A DNA stretch of 64,000 bases from Terrimicrobiaceae bacterium (GCA_041752695.1 JBGSVZ010000001.1:1-64000), one strand, 5' to 3'; positions 27,555-36,750 are shown, counted from the stretch's first letter. A program made the numbers and translations. Notes: generated by a model from the letters alone, not told the origin.

Positions 27555-28187
27555 ATGAAAGTCATTGTTCCTTGTTTGGTGGTTGCGGGGCTGGCGGGTT
27601 GCTCGACCCCGACCGTGAAACCCAGCCGGCATCTCACCGCGGCGCGTCTCCAATCGGCGACCTATGCCACTCAATATCTGGGCGCGGATGGCCGGGTGGT
27701 GACACGGCAGACCCAGGCTGGAAAGGATCAGGGCGGCGGATATTGGAATGGGGACGGGGTAAGCGGCGCTCCTTCCGTGCGCATTGATCTTGGATCGCAG
27801 GAGGCGTATTTTTACAAATCCGGAAAGCTGGTCGGCATGTCGCCGATTTCCAGTGGACGGGAAGGATACAACACGCCGACGGGAAGTTTCAGCGTGATCC
27901 AAAAAAATGCGGATCATGTCTCGAATCTTTATGGCAATTACGTGGATGAGTCCGGAAACATCGTGGTGCGCAATGTGGGAGTGAATCGCGATCCGCGTCC
28001 GGCAGGCACCCGTTTTCAGGGAGCACCCATGCCGTATTTTATGCGGATCACGGGTGCCGTGGGGATGCATGCGGGGTATCTGCCGGGAGTGCCGGATTCG
28101 CACGGGTGTATTCGCATGCCGAAGGAGATGGCTGCGGTGTTTTTCGCCAATGTCTCGCATGGCACGCCGGTAACGGTCGTGCATTAA
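27555..28187 (+). CDS. L,D-transpeptidase (YkuD family) lipoprotein
   Basis: Lipobox LAGC; ISSG...TPTGSF, MPYFMR and MHAG...SHGCIRM motifs. Confidence 0.88.
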   Translation: MKVIVPCLVVAGLAGCSTPTVKPSRHLTAARLQSATYATQYLGADGRVVTRQTQAGKDQGGGYWNGDGVSGAPSVRIDLGSQEAYFYKSGKLVGMSPISSGREGYNTPTGSFSVIQKNADHVSNLYGNYVDESGNIVVRNVGVNRDPRPAGTRFQGAPMPYFMRITGAVGMHAGYLPGVPDSHGCIRMPKEMAAVFFANVSHGTPVTVVH

Positions 28188-28191
28188 ATTC

Positions 28192-28545
28192 TTAGTGCAG
28201 GCGGTTGTTGCAATGGGGGCAGCGGAATTCCCGGCCGAACCAATTCCGGGACGAGGAAAATCTTCCGCAGGCTCCGCAGAAAAAAGAGGATCGCACGCGG
28301 AGGAACACCATCGCTCCCACGATGACCAGAACGACCGGAGCCGCGATGAAATTGCCTTGGGATAACAACACCGCACCTCCCGTTCCGGCGACGAAAGCTC
28401 CCATCAGCCAGGCGTACCGGTCGAACCACCGCTTCTTTTCCACAGTGGATTTCTGAGCGCGGATGTGCGTCCAAGAGACAATGCCGATGGCCACCCAGAC
28501 CGCCAGAAACCCCATCCCGACCCGTAGCATGGCTTCCTGATTCAC
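28192..28545 (-). CDS. Small three-TM membrane protein with C-terminal zinc ribbon
   Basis: Three hydrophobic segments, then CGAC-x14-CPHC. Confidence 0.6.
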   Translation of the reverse strand: MNQEAMLRVGMGFLAVWVAIGIVSWTHIRAQKSTVEKKRWFDRYAWLMGAFVAGTGGAVLLSQGNFIAAPVVLVIVGAMVFLRVRSSFFCGACGRFSSSRNWFGREFRCPHCNNRLH

Positions 28546-28586
28546 GGCGTGTCTTTGTGGAGGTGGTTGGTGGTGCCCGGAGGCCT

Positions 28587-29699
28587 TCAGGGCCGTTCAA
28601 AAACGACGCAAATGGGCGACGGCGTTTCCACGGACTGGCCGGTGGGGGTGAGTTTGCCGGTGGTGGGATCGATCTTCAGAACGGTGAGGCGATTGTCTTT
28701 TTGACCGGCGACAACCAACCATTGGCCGGTGGGATCGAGGCCCATGCCGCGCGGGATCTGCACGCCTGCCGGAGCGTTCTCGAGAAGGGTGAGTTTGCCG
28801 TCCGGCGCGATGGCATAGACGGCGATGATGTCGTCGCCGCGGCTGGACACATACAGCCACTTGCCGGAGGGGTGACAGATGATCTCGGCGGTCGAAACTC
28901 CGTCGGTCGGACCGGTGAGTTTTTCTGAGGTTGGAACGGTTTGAAGGGCGGTCAGGATGCCGGTGGCGGGGTTGCGAGAGAAAGCTGTGACGCTCAAGCC
29001 CATTTCGTTGTTGGCGTAGGCGAAACGTCCGCCGGGATGGATGGCCAAATGACGGGGCCCGCCTCCGGGTGGAACGAGGCCTGCGGCGGGGTCTGTCGGT
29101 GTCAGGGTGCCTGCCGCCTTGTCGTAGCGGAAACTCCACACCTTGTCGGAACCCAGATCGCAGGCGTAAACAAACGTGTCGACGGCGTCGGTGTAAATGG
29201 CGTGAGCGTAGGATTTTTGTTGCCGGCCAGGATGGGGACCGGACCCGGAAAATTGCACAAAGGCGGTGGCTGGTCCCACCGAGCCGTCGGACTGAATGGG
29301 CAGGCAGGAAATGTTTCCGCCGCCGTAGTTTGCCACAAGGACGTGGCGTCCCGCCTGATCGACCGAAACGTGGCAGGCCCCGTTGCCGCCGGAGGGCGCG
29401 GTATTCAGCGAAGTTAGCCTACCGTCCGCCCCGATACGGAATGCGCCCACGGCCCCACCCGCACTTTCGAGGGCAGCGAACAAAAATTTCCCGCCTGGCG
29501 CCAGGGCGAGGAAGGACGGGTTGTTGGCCTCCGCCGCCAGTTCCACGCCGCCCAGAGCACCGGTGCGCGTATCGAGCACACCGGTGAAGATGCCTTTGCT
29601 GTCGGTTTTTCCCGTGTTGGTCCCGAGGTAAAAGCGGGCGTCTTGACAAAGGGCAGTCATGGTCGAAGCGGCGAGGAGCGCGGCGGTCAGCCAGTTCAT
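28587..29699 (-). CDS. Lactonase, 6-phosphogluconolactonase-like beta-propeller (secreted)
   Basis: NPSFL, ANYGGG, DLGSD, GPRH and PRG motifs. Confidence 0.85.
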   Translation of the reverse strand: MNWLTAALLAASTMTALCQDARFYLGTNTGKTDSKGIFTGVLDTRTGALGGVELAAEANNPSFLALAPGGKFLFAALESAGGAVGAFRIGADGRLTSLNTAPSGGNGACHVSVDQAGRHVLVANYGGGNISCLPIQSDGSVGPATAFVQFSGSGPHPGRQQKSYAHAIYTDAVDTFVYACDLGSDKVWSFRYDKAAGTLTPTDPAAGLVPPGGGPRHLAIHPGGRFAYANNEMGLSVTAFSRNPATGILTALQTVPTSEKLTGPTDGVSTAEIICHPSGKWLYVSSRGDDIIAVYAIAPDGKLTLLENAPAGVQIPRGMGLDPTGQWLVVAGQKDNRLTVLKIDPTTGKLTPTGQSVETPSPICVVFERP

Positions 29700-29713
29700 T
29701 CCGGGGGGCGGAA

Positions 29714-30157
29714 TTACGCCGCGGTGACGTATTTCATCTCGTAGGAAAAAAGCTCGCCGGGCTGGAAGAAACGCTTGAGTTCGATCTCGGCATTTTCCAG
29801 CGAGTCGGAGGCGTGGACGATGTTCACCATCACATCGACGCCGAAGTCGCCGCGCACGGTGCCTTTTTCGGCTTTCTTGGAATCCGTGGGCCCGATGATT
29901 GTGCGGACTTTGTCGATGGCATTTTCTCCAGCGAGGGCGAGAGCGATGACGGGTGTGGATTGCATGAAGGCTTCCACTTCGGGGAAGAACGGCTTCGAGG
30001 CGATGTGGGCGTAATGTTCCCTGAGGACGGCCTCGGTGGCCTGGAACATTTTGCAGCCGCGGATCTGGAAGCCGATGTCTTCAAAGCGTTTGATCACTTC
30101 ACCGGCTTTGCGGCCGGCGATACAGTCGGGTTTCAAAAGGACAAGGGTCGTTTGCAT
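29714..30157 (-). CDS. ndk: Nucleoside diphosphate kinase
   Basis: LKPD, HY.H..KPFF, GTVRGDF and NIVHASDS motifs. Confidence 0.96.
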   Translation of the reverse strand: MQTTLVLLKPDCIAGRKAGEVIKRFEDIGFQIRGCKMFQATEAVLREHYAHIASKPFFPEVEAFMQSTPVIALALAGENAIDKVRTIIGPTDSKKAEKGTVRGDFGVDVMVNIVHASDSLENAEIELKRFFQPGELFSYEMKYVTAA

Positions 30158-30214
30158 GAACCGGGGAATCTATCGGCCTGCCGGCGGGGGCGTGAAGAAG
30201 AATCTGCGGATGAG

Positions 30215-30910
30215 TTAGCGGAGTTCCTCTTCGGGAAAGGGTGCGCGGGAGGAAAGGCGTTCGATCCGGCGGATTTTTTGGCGGACGGTTTCGTTCGGCC
30301 GGACCGGCGACCAACGCAGGGGATTCGGGAGGATGGCCGCGAGGGCGATCATTTGCGAACGGGTGAGTGAACCCGGAGGGCGGTCGAAATATTCCCGGGC
30401 GGCGGCTCCGATTCCGTAAAGGCCGGGTCCGAATTCAATACCGTTGAGGTAGAGCTCCAGTATCCGTTTTTTGCTCAAAAGCCTTTCCATCCAGAACGTG
30501 TAATAGGCCTCCAGCGCCTTGCGTGGATACGATCTTCCCTGCCAGAGAAAAACCGAGCGCGCGCACTGCATCGTGATGGTGGAGGAGCCGCGGACGGTTT
30601 TGCCCGTCTTTTTCGCATCGCTGATGGCCTTGGTGAGTTGCTCCAGATCAAAGCCTTCGTGATCAAAAAACGCCTGATCTTCCGAGGCCCAGATGAAATG
30701 GATGAAGTCCTCCGGAATCTTTTCGAGAGGTGTCCATATCACCGGTTGCCGGGGAATGCCCTCCAGCTTGCGTTGCAGCTGCATGAGTGTCCACGTGGGA
30801 TTCCCAAAAATGGTGAACGCAACCTGCACGGGAGGCACAAGGAGGGTGAGGAGAACCGCGAGGAAAATCCACTTCGCCACGCGGCGAAGTCGGGATTTTT
30901 TAGCCGCCAC
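30215..30910 (-). CDS. mtgA: Monofunctional peptidoglycan transglycosylase
   Basis: SEDQAFFDHEGFD, RGSSTITMQCAR, RKALE, KKRILELYLN and LPNP motifs. Confidence 0.9.
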   Translation of the reverse strand: MAAKKSRLRRVAKWIFLAVLLTLLVPPVQVAFTIFGNPTWTLMQLQRKLEGIPRQPVIWTPLEKIPEDFIHFIWASEDQAFFDHEGFDLEQLTKAISDAKKTGKTVRGSSTITMQCARSVFLWQGRSYPRKALEAYYTFWMERLLSKKRILELYLNGIEFGPGLYGIGAAAREYFDRPPGSLTRSQMIALAAILPNPLRWSPVRPNETVRQKIRRIERLSSRAPFPEEELR

Positions 30911-31011
30911 TTGGCGGAAGATGCGCGAGCGTCAGGGACTTGAAAAGCTCTCGTTTCGCGAGGCGCGCCGGATTCCGCGATCGGAACCCGGCGCTCCCGG
31001 ATCACGAGGGC

Positions 31012-31269
31012 TTAGTAGCGGCAACGTCCGCCGCCGCCGAATCCGAAGCCCACGCTGATCAGCGGGGTGCGGACGAACACGGCGGGAGCGCGAACCACCC
31101 GCACTGGACGGACGACGCGGATGGGGCGAACCACGACGGGCGAGTAGCAGCCACCACGATAGGTGTTGTATCCATAGTTGCGTCCGCCACCGGCTTGGGC
31201 CTCACTGGGCGACAGCACGGCGACAAGAGCCACGGCGGCAAGAGCGAGAACGAGCGATTTGGTTTTCAT
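31012..31269 (-). CDS. Small secreted Arg/Val/Pro/Gly-rich protein
   Basis: Signal peptide (AQA), VVRPIRVVRPVRVVRAP repeats and ISVGFGFGG. Confidence 0.65.
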   Translation of the reverse strand: MKTKSLVLALAAVALVAVLSPSEAQAGGGRNYGYNTYRGGCYSPVVVRPIRVVRPVRVVRAPAVFVRTPLISVGFGFGGGGRCRY

Positions 31270-31280
31270 AACACCACTGC

Positions 31281-31306
31281 AACGTGGCCGGACGGGGTGT
31301 TATTCA
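31281..31306 (-). promoter_or_regulatory. Candidate ECF-sigma promoter TGAATAA-N15-CGTT
   Basis: 11 nt upstream of ATG 31269; matches the motif at 26267-26292. Confidence 0.5.
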
Positions 31307-31328
31307 AAGATTCGCAGACTTTTTTGCG

Positions 31329-32873
31329 CTATTTCGTGAGCAGTTCCTGCTCGTTGGTCGTGAAGTCCGGATAGGCCGCGCCTGAGTGTTCGGTGAAGTC
31401 GAGGCCGAGATCCTGTTCGTTTTCCCCGGCCCGCAGCCCGAATGTCTTGTCGATGATGAAGAACATGACAAGCGCGCTGATGAAAGCCCCCCCGGCGATG
31501 GCGGCCGCCCCGAGAGCCTGAACCCCAAGCATCTCGGAGGAAAAGCCTTTTTCGTTGAACAGCGCGACGGCCAGGACACCCCAGATCCCGCAGAAAAGGT
31601 GGACCGGCACGGCGCCCACCGCGTCGTCGAGTTTCAAGCGCTCAAGAAAGAGGCAGCCAAAGGTGGCGACAATGCCAGCCACGAGCCCAATGATCACGGC
31701 GGATGCGGGAGTGACGCAGTGGCAGTTGGCGGTGATTCCCACGAGGCCCCCGAGAGCTCCGTTGAGCGTCATCGGAAGATCCGGGCGACCTTGATGCAAC
31801 CACATCGCCATCATTCCCATGATGGCACCAGCTGCAGGAGCCAGCGTTGTGTTCACCGCAATGCGACCAATGCTGCCGTCGCCGACGAGGGTTGAACCGG
31901 GATTAAATCCATACCAACCGAACCAGAGGATGAACGTCCCCAAGGCCGCCATGGGAAGGTTGTGACCACTCATCAAATTTGCGGTTCCGTCGGGCCGGAA
32001 GCGGCCCACACGGGGACCTACGATGATAATTCCCGCCAGCGCGGCTGCGCCACCCACGGAATGCACGACTCCGGAACCCGCGAAATCCACAAACCCTTTG
32101 ACCTGCAGCCAACCCTGGCCGCCACCAAAGCCAAACCCTTCCCCGAAGCTTCCCCAGGCCCAGTGGCCAATAATGGGGTAGATGAGCGCGGTCATTACGG
32201 CGGTGTAAAACAGGTAACCAATGAACTTGGTGCGTTCTGCCATGGCTCCGGAAATGATGGTGGCCGCAGTGCCGCAGAAGACGAGTTGGAAGAACCAGAA
32301 GGCCCAGAGCTGATTGGTCGCCGGGACTTCCGACAGCCAGAAGGGGCCGGTGCCGATGATTCCATCCATCGTCTTGCCAAACATCAGGCCAAAGCCCACG
32401 AAGAAAAAGCAGATCGTTCCCACGCAAAAATCGAGGGAGTTTTTCATGCAGATATTGATGGCATTTTTCGCGCGGGTCAGGCCGAGTTCGAGCAGGCAAA
32501 AGCCCGCCTGCATGAAAAAGACCATCGCACCAGTCACGATAATCCAAACGGTGTTCAGGTTCGTCTGAACGTCGGTCGCCGCAGCGGGAGCGGCTGCTGC
32601 TTCAGGCGCGGCCGAGGGTTCGGCCATCTTGGCTTCCAGCGCCTTGAGGCGCTGTTCCAGCATCGAATAGTCGGCACCCAAGGGGGCCGGGGCCGCCGTG
32701 AGGCTTTTCTCGATGCTCTGAAGCCGTTGGAGGATCAGGTTTCCGTTTTCCAGGAGCTGGGTCTGTGTTTTCTCGCTACGCTGGATGAAACCGTCGAGAC
32801 CCTCGGGTTGGGAATCCTGGGCGAAGGCGGCAACAGACGTGAGCAGGAGTGCGGTGAGAACGACGTATTTCAT
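31329..32873 (-). CDS. amtB: Ammonium transporter with N-terminal signal/coiled-coil extension
   Basis: FFMQAGF, SGAMAER, DFAGSGVVH, WFGWYGFNPGS, DDAVGAVPVH (twin His intact) and GLR...EQ..GLD..EH tail. Confidence 0.95.
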   Translation of the reverse strand: MKYVVLTALLLTSVAAFAQDSQPEGLDGFIQRSEKTQTQLLENGNLILQRLQSIEKSLTAAPAPLGADYSMLEQRLKALEAKMAEPSAAPEAAAAPAAATDVQTNLNTVWIIVTGAMVFFMQAGFCLLELGLTRAKNAINICMKNSLDFCVGTICFFFVGFGLMFGKTMDGIIGTGPFWLSEVPATNQLWAFWFFQLVFCGTAATIISGAMAERTKFIGYLFYTAVMTALIYPIIGHWAWGSFGEGFGFGGGQGWLQVKGFVDFAGSGVVHSVGGAAALAGIIIVGPRVGRFRPDGTANLMSGHNLPMAALGTFILWFGWYGFNPGSTLVGDGSIGRIAVNTTLAPAAGAIMGMMAMWLHQGRPDLPMTLNGALGGLVGITANCHCVTPASAVIIGLVAGIVATFGCLFLERLKLDDAVGAVPVHLFCGIWGVLAVALFNEKGFSSEMLGVQALGAAAIAGGAFISALVMFFIIDKTFGLRAGENEQDLGLDFTEHSGAAYPDFTTNEQELLTK

Positions 32874-33529
32874 GAATTTAAAGCATTAAGGAACTCGGAG
32901 ACGAGGGATTCACGTTTTCCCCGGTTGGGGATATTTTCCAAGACGGCGAGTCCCATTTTGCGGGCTTCCTCCTTGGGAAAAACGAGGGCTCCATTTTTGG
33001 AGGCCAGCTCACGCTGGATGAGCTTGGTGGCGGTAGCCGTGCCGGTGACACGCCCGAGGAGGCCAACCACCAGCCTTTCAAAATCTTCGCGGGGCACGCC
33101 GTCCGGGATGGCCACGGCGATGGGGGCGGCAGTTTCCACCGGGTGATCCGGTGGGGGCGGCTGGGCCATAGCCGGCTCAGGGATATCCACTTCCATCAGG
33201 AGGCGGGTGGCTCGGCCGGCGATGAGGGCGGGATCGATCTCCGGCTTCAGCAGAATGGTCAACCGGGTGTTCGAACGGCAAAGAATCAAAAGACGGTATT
33301 TTTCGAAGCCCGCACAAATCTGCCAGATCGACCGGCCGACGTTTTCATATCCGGCAATCAGGCGGTCAATGCGCTTGGCCAGTCCCGCGATGCGGTCGTC
33401 GGAATAGGGCAGGTCGTGAATCAGAACCATGTCCCGAACTTGAAGGCAGGCCCCGCAGACTCCTGGCTGCGAGTAAAGATCGGTGAGCAGGCGTCCGAGA
33501 GATTCGCTGGTCGGTGATTGTGGTCCCAT
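32870..33529 (-). CDS. Hypothetical protein: Roadblock/LC7-like N-terminal domain + Pro linker + helical C-terminal domain
   Basis: LLTDL...PGVCGAC followed by a helix and three strands, a Roadblock-like pattern judged by eye. Its stop overlaps the amtB start (ATGA). Confidence 0.6.
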   Translation of the reverse strand: MGPQSPTSESLGRLLTDLYSQPGVCGACLQVRDMVLIHDLPYSDDRIAGLAKRIDRLIAGYENVGRSIWQICAGFEKYRLLILCRSNTRLTILLKPEIDPALIAGRATRLLMEVDIPEPAMAQPPPPDHPVETAAPIAVAIPDGVPREDFERLVVGLLGRVTGTATATKLIQRELASKNGALVFPKEEARKMGLAVLENIPNRGKRESLVSEFLNALNS

Positions 33530-33547
33530 GATACGGCTTCGCGTCCC

Positions 33548-33868
33548 CTAGCTGGAAGTTTTCTGCAGGGCCGTTTCGACGCCGCGATGAGCGCGAGTGA
33601 GGACGATGGCCTGACCGCCGTCGGCTTCGTAGCGGAAGGTGGTCTGGCGACCGAGTTCGGTGACGGAAACAAACTGCGGTTTGCCCATCGAGAGCGAGAG
33701 GGTGAAGTCGTCGAGATAATCGCTCAGATATTCAAATTCATGAATCATTGTCCGCGATTCCTCCTGATGCTGGGATTCAAACACCAGGTCGTCGGCACTG
33801 ACAATTTCCCGATTCGCCCCGAGGCGGATATGCACACTTTCTTTGGTTTCCAGCAGCCCAACAGTCAT
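33548..33868 (-). CDS. Hypothetical protein, possibly Roadblock-like
   Basis: Beta-hairpin, amphipathic helix, LSMGKPQFVSV and two further strands. First gene after the sigma-54 promoter. Confidence 0.55.
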   Translation of the reverse strand: MTVGLLETKESVHIRLGANREIVSADDLVFESQHQEESRTMIHEFEYLSDYLDDFTLSLSMGKPQFVSVTELGRQTTFRYEADGGQAIVLTRAHRGVETALQKTSS

Positions 33869-33880
33869 TTAAGGCTGTTA

Positions 33881-33896
33881 AGCAAATACCGTGCCA
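33881..33896 (-). promoter_or_regulatory. Sigma-54 (-24/-12) promoter
   Basis: Minus strand TGGCACGGTATTTGCT matches TGGCAC-N5-TTGCW exactly, directly upstream of the amtB operon. Confidence 0.85.
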
Positions 33897-34020
33897 GAAC
33901 TTGCGGCAAATTTTGCGACGGGGACCGCTCACCATGATGTGAGGGTTCGGGCAGGCCAGCTTTCCCTTGTGGCGGGCGCAGGCGCACCTGTCGGTGCCAC
34001 CTTTGCCCGGATCCCTGCGT

Positions 34021-35829
34021 TCAGGAGATTTTTTCGATCAGCCAGTTTTTGAGTTCGGCGATGCTCATGCGGACCTGTTGCATCGAATCGCGCTCACGAA
34101 GGGTGACAGTGTCTTTTTTTTCCGGACCGTTTTCGCCGATGGTGTCGAAGTCGATGGTGACACAGAACGGGGTGCCGGCTTCGTCCTGGCGGCGGTAGCG
34201 TCGGCCGATGGCGCCGGCCTCGTCGTAGAAGACGTTCATGTGTGGACGCAGGAGCGCGAGGACCTCGCGGGCTTTGGCGACGAGTTCGGGTTTGTTTTTG
34301 AGGAGCGGGAAGATGGCGCAGGCCACCGGCGCGATGCGGGGGTGGAAACGCATGACGGTGCGGGTTTCGGCTTTGCCCTTTTCGTCGGTGACAGTTTCCT
34401 CGGCGAACGCATTGGTGATGGCGGCGAGCGCCAGGCGGTCCAGCCCGGCGGAGGGTTCGATCACATGGGGCAGGTAAACGCCCTTGAAGAGCTTCTCGCA
34501 GAACGCGGCGATTTCCTCCCGGCTGGTTTCGGGCTTGGCGCGGCCCTCGAAGAGTCCATCGACGAAGGCCTGTTTCTGTTCATCCGAAAGGGCATCGCAG
34601 GCGGCCTTGAGTTCTTCGTCGAAAACTTCCAGCGGCTTGCCGGAATGTTTTTGGTGTTGGGTGAGGTCGAAGTTGCCGCGGGCGGCAATGCCTTCGAGTT
34701 CCTCGGTGCCAAAGGGGAATTTGAAAAGGATGTCGACCGTGGCCCGCGCGTAGTGGGCGAGTTCCTCCGGAGTCTGCCAGTAATAGTCGAGCACGTCGGT
34801 GCCAAGTCCGATGGAGGCGTAATAGTTGGTGCGTTGTTCCACCCAATAGCGGTGCCACATTTCCCATCCCCAATTCGGCTGGGGTTCGGAAAGATCCGCC
34901 CCGTCGTGCCAGGCCGCGACAGAGCCATGGATGAGGCGGATGGCCTCGTCGGGTTTGATGAAAAACTCCAATTCCATCTGCTCGAACTCGCGGGAGCGGA
35001 AGGTGAAATTGCGCGGGGTGATTTCATTGCGAAACGCCTTGCCGATCTGCCCGATGCCGAAGGGAATCCGGACGCGCGAAGAGTCGAGGACATTTTTGAA
35101 CTGCACGAAAATCGCCTGGGCGGTTTCGGGGCGCAGGAAGGCCTTATTTTCGTCGCTGATGATGGGGCCCGTGTGCGTCTCAAACATGAGGTTAAAAGGA
35201 CGCGGTGCGGTGAGTTCGCCTCCGCAATGCGGACAGGGGGTGATGAGCCCCGTCGTCGCCAGGTTTTCGGTGGCCAGGTATTGGGTGAACTCCTGTGCGG
35301 AAAGGGGATGCTCCCCTGACGTTTTGCTGCGCTCCTCCAGTGCGCCCAAGGTGACCTGAGGATTGCGCACGAGGGCGAGGTTCGGGGCGAGTTCCTTGCC
35401 CTTGCGCTCCGCCCATTTTAAGAGGGGTCCGCCATCGAAGGTCTGGCTGGAGATGTCCACCAAATCCGCCAGGGATTGCGCCCAGCGCTGCTCGGCCATG
35501 ATCGACCAAACCTGATCAGACCGGACAAGCTTCTTGCAATGTTTGCAGGTGCTCATCGGATCGCTGAATGTATCCACATGGCCGCTGGCCTTCCACACGG
35601 CGGGATGCATGATGATGCTGGCGTCGAGGGGGACGACGTCCTCGCGCTCCCGCATCATGGCATTCCACCAGGTGTCGCGCAGGTTGCGTTTGAGTTCGGC
35701 TCCAAGCGGGCCGTAGTCCCAGAAGCCGTTGAGTCCCCCGTAAATCTCGGAGGATTGGAAAATGAAGCCGCGGCGTTTGCACAGGCTGACGATTTTTTCC
35801 ATGCGTGAGGAGGTGGCTTCTTTGGACAT
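34021..35829 (-). CDS. glyQS: Glycine--tRNA ligase (homodimeric alpha2 type)
   Basis: KRRGF..SSEIYGG, LRPETAQ, FRNEITP..F.FRSREFEQMELE, IEPSAGLDR and IGRRYRRQDEAGTP motifs. Confidence 0.95.
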   Translation of the reverse strand: MSKEATSSRMEKIVSLCKRRGFIFQSSEIYGGLNGFWDYGPLGAELKRNLRDTWWNAMMREREDVVPLDASIIMHPAVWKASGHVDTFSDPMSTCKHCKKLVRSDQVWSIMAEQRWAQSLADLVDISSQTFDGGPLLKWAERKGKELAPNLALVRNPQVTLGALEERSKTSGEHPLSAQEFTQYLATENLATTGLITPCPHCGGELTAPRPFNLMFETHTGPIISDENKAFLRPETAQAIFVQFKNVLDSSRVRIPFGIGQIGKAFRNEITPRNFTFRSREFEQMELEFFIKPDEAIRLIHGSVAAWHDGADLSEPQPNWGWEMWHRYWVEQRTNYYASIGLGTDVLDYYWQTPEELAHYARATVDILFKFPFGTEELEGIAARGNFDLTQHQKHSGKPLEVFDEELKAACDALSDEQKQAFVDGLFEGRAKPETSREEIAAFCEKLFKGVYLPHVIEPSAGLDRLALAAITNAFAEETVTDEKGKAETRTVMRFHPRIAPVACAIFPLLKNKPELVAKAREVLALLRPHMNVFYDEAGAIGRRYRRQDEAGTPFCVTIDFDTIGENGPEKKDTVTLRERDSMQQVRMSIAELKNWLIEKIS

Positions 35830-35868
35830 AAGGCGAACGGTCAGCAAAGCGTCGGGGGCTTTCCGGCG

Positions 35869-36735
35869 TCAAAGCTTTTCTTGCAAATCGTCCAGGCGGC
35901 TTCTTTCTCCCAGGCGCACGGCGCGTGGGGTTGCTCCGGCGAAGCGCCGGAACTGGCGGTGGAAAAAGAAGACGTCGCGATAGCCAAGGGTGTCGGCGAT
36001 CTGCTGGATGGAAAGGTTGGATTCGCGCAGAAGCTCGGCCGCACGGCGAATGCGGTGGTGAATGATGTATCGGCCCGGAGCCATGCCGCAGGCGGTGCGC
36101 CAGAGGCGGTTAAAATGGGGCACGGAGAGCCCACACTGGCGGGCCATCGCGGTGATGTTCCAATCCCGGCCCGGCGACGACCGAACCGCCAGGGCAAGAT
36201 CATCGAGCCGGTTTCTTCCGTCGGTGGGCTGGCGGGTGCCGGAGTGGATTTCTTGCAAAATCATTTGCCGCAGGAGGGCTGTTGCCAACGCACGACCGGT
36301 TGGGCCCTCGCGAAATACTTTGGTCGTTTTTTCTGCCTCGAGTTGCGGGGGATCGGGAGAAAGGCCCGAGAGGACATCTTCGGTCAGGCGGGTCATGCCG
36401 GGCGGGGAGAAATGGCAGGCAAAAACCTGTAGGGGATGTTTGGGATCGTGGGAGGCTGCGGGCTGGTCTCCCGGCTGGAGCAAAAACCACCTTCCGGCGA
36501 CGAGCGGAAAATCCCGGCGTCCCACGTTCAGACTGCCGCGTCCTTTCAGAACCAGCCAGAAATCAAAATCCGCAAGCGGGGGGGGATTCCATTTCCAAGC
36601 GGCTTCGCAGTGGTGCAGGCGGGGGGGCGAAAGTTTCCAAACCTCCTTTTCAAGACGCAGGGAAAGATCGAATAATGCAATATTCTGATCGGCGGATCCA
36701 TTGCCGCTCCGGGGCCGTCGTGGTTGAGTTTTCAT
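35869..36735 (-). CDS. AraC family transcriptional regulator (start uncertain)
   Basis: Cupin-like N-terminal domain; MARQCGLS..HFNRL, IADTLGY.DVFFFHRQFRR..G.TP. The upstream part of the 504-aa track ORF overlaps phyH and is not used. Confidence 0.85.
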   Translation of the reverse strand: MKTQPRRPRSGNGSADQNIALFDLSLRLEKEVWKLSPPRLHHCEAAWKWNPPPLADFDFWLVLKGRGSLNVGRRDFPLVAGRWFLLQPGDQPAASHDPKHPLQVFACHFSPPGMTRLTEDVLSGLSPDPPQLEAEKTTKVFREGPTGRALATALLRQMILQEIHSGTRQPTDGRNRLDDLALAVRSSPGRDWNITAMARQCGLSVPHFNRLWRTACGMAPGRYIIHHRIRRAAELLRESNLSIQQIADTLGYRDVFFFHRQFRRFAGATPRAVRLGERSRLDDLQEKL

Positions 36736-36750
36736 CGAATGAAATCCCTC

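Noticed and set aside
33983..33997. GCACC-N4-GGTGC as an NtrC site upstream of the sigma-54 promoter
   Set aside because: The spacing is one base short of the TGCACC-N5-GGTGCA consensus, and it may be part of a hairpin after glyQS. Not supportable.
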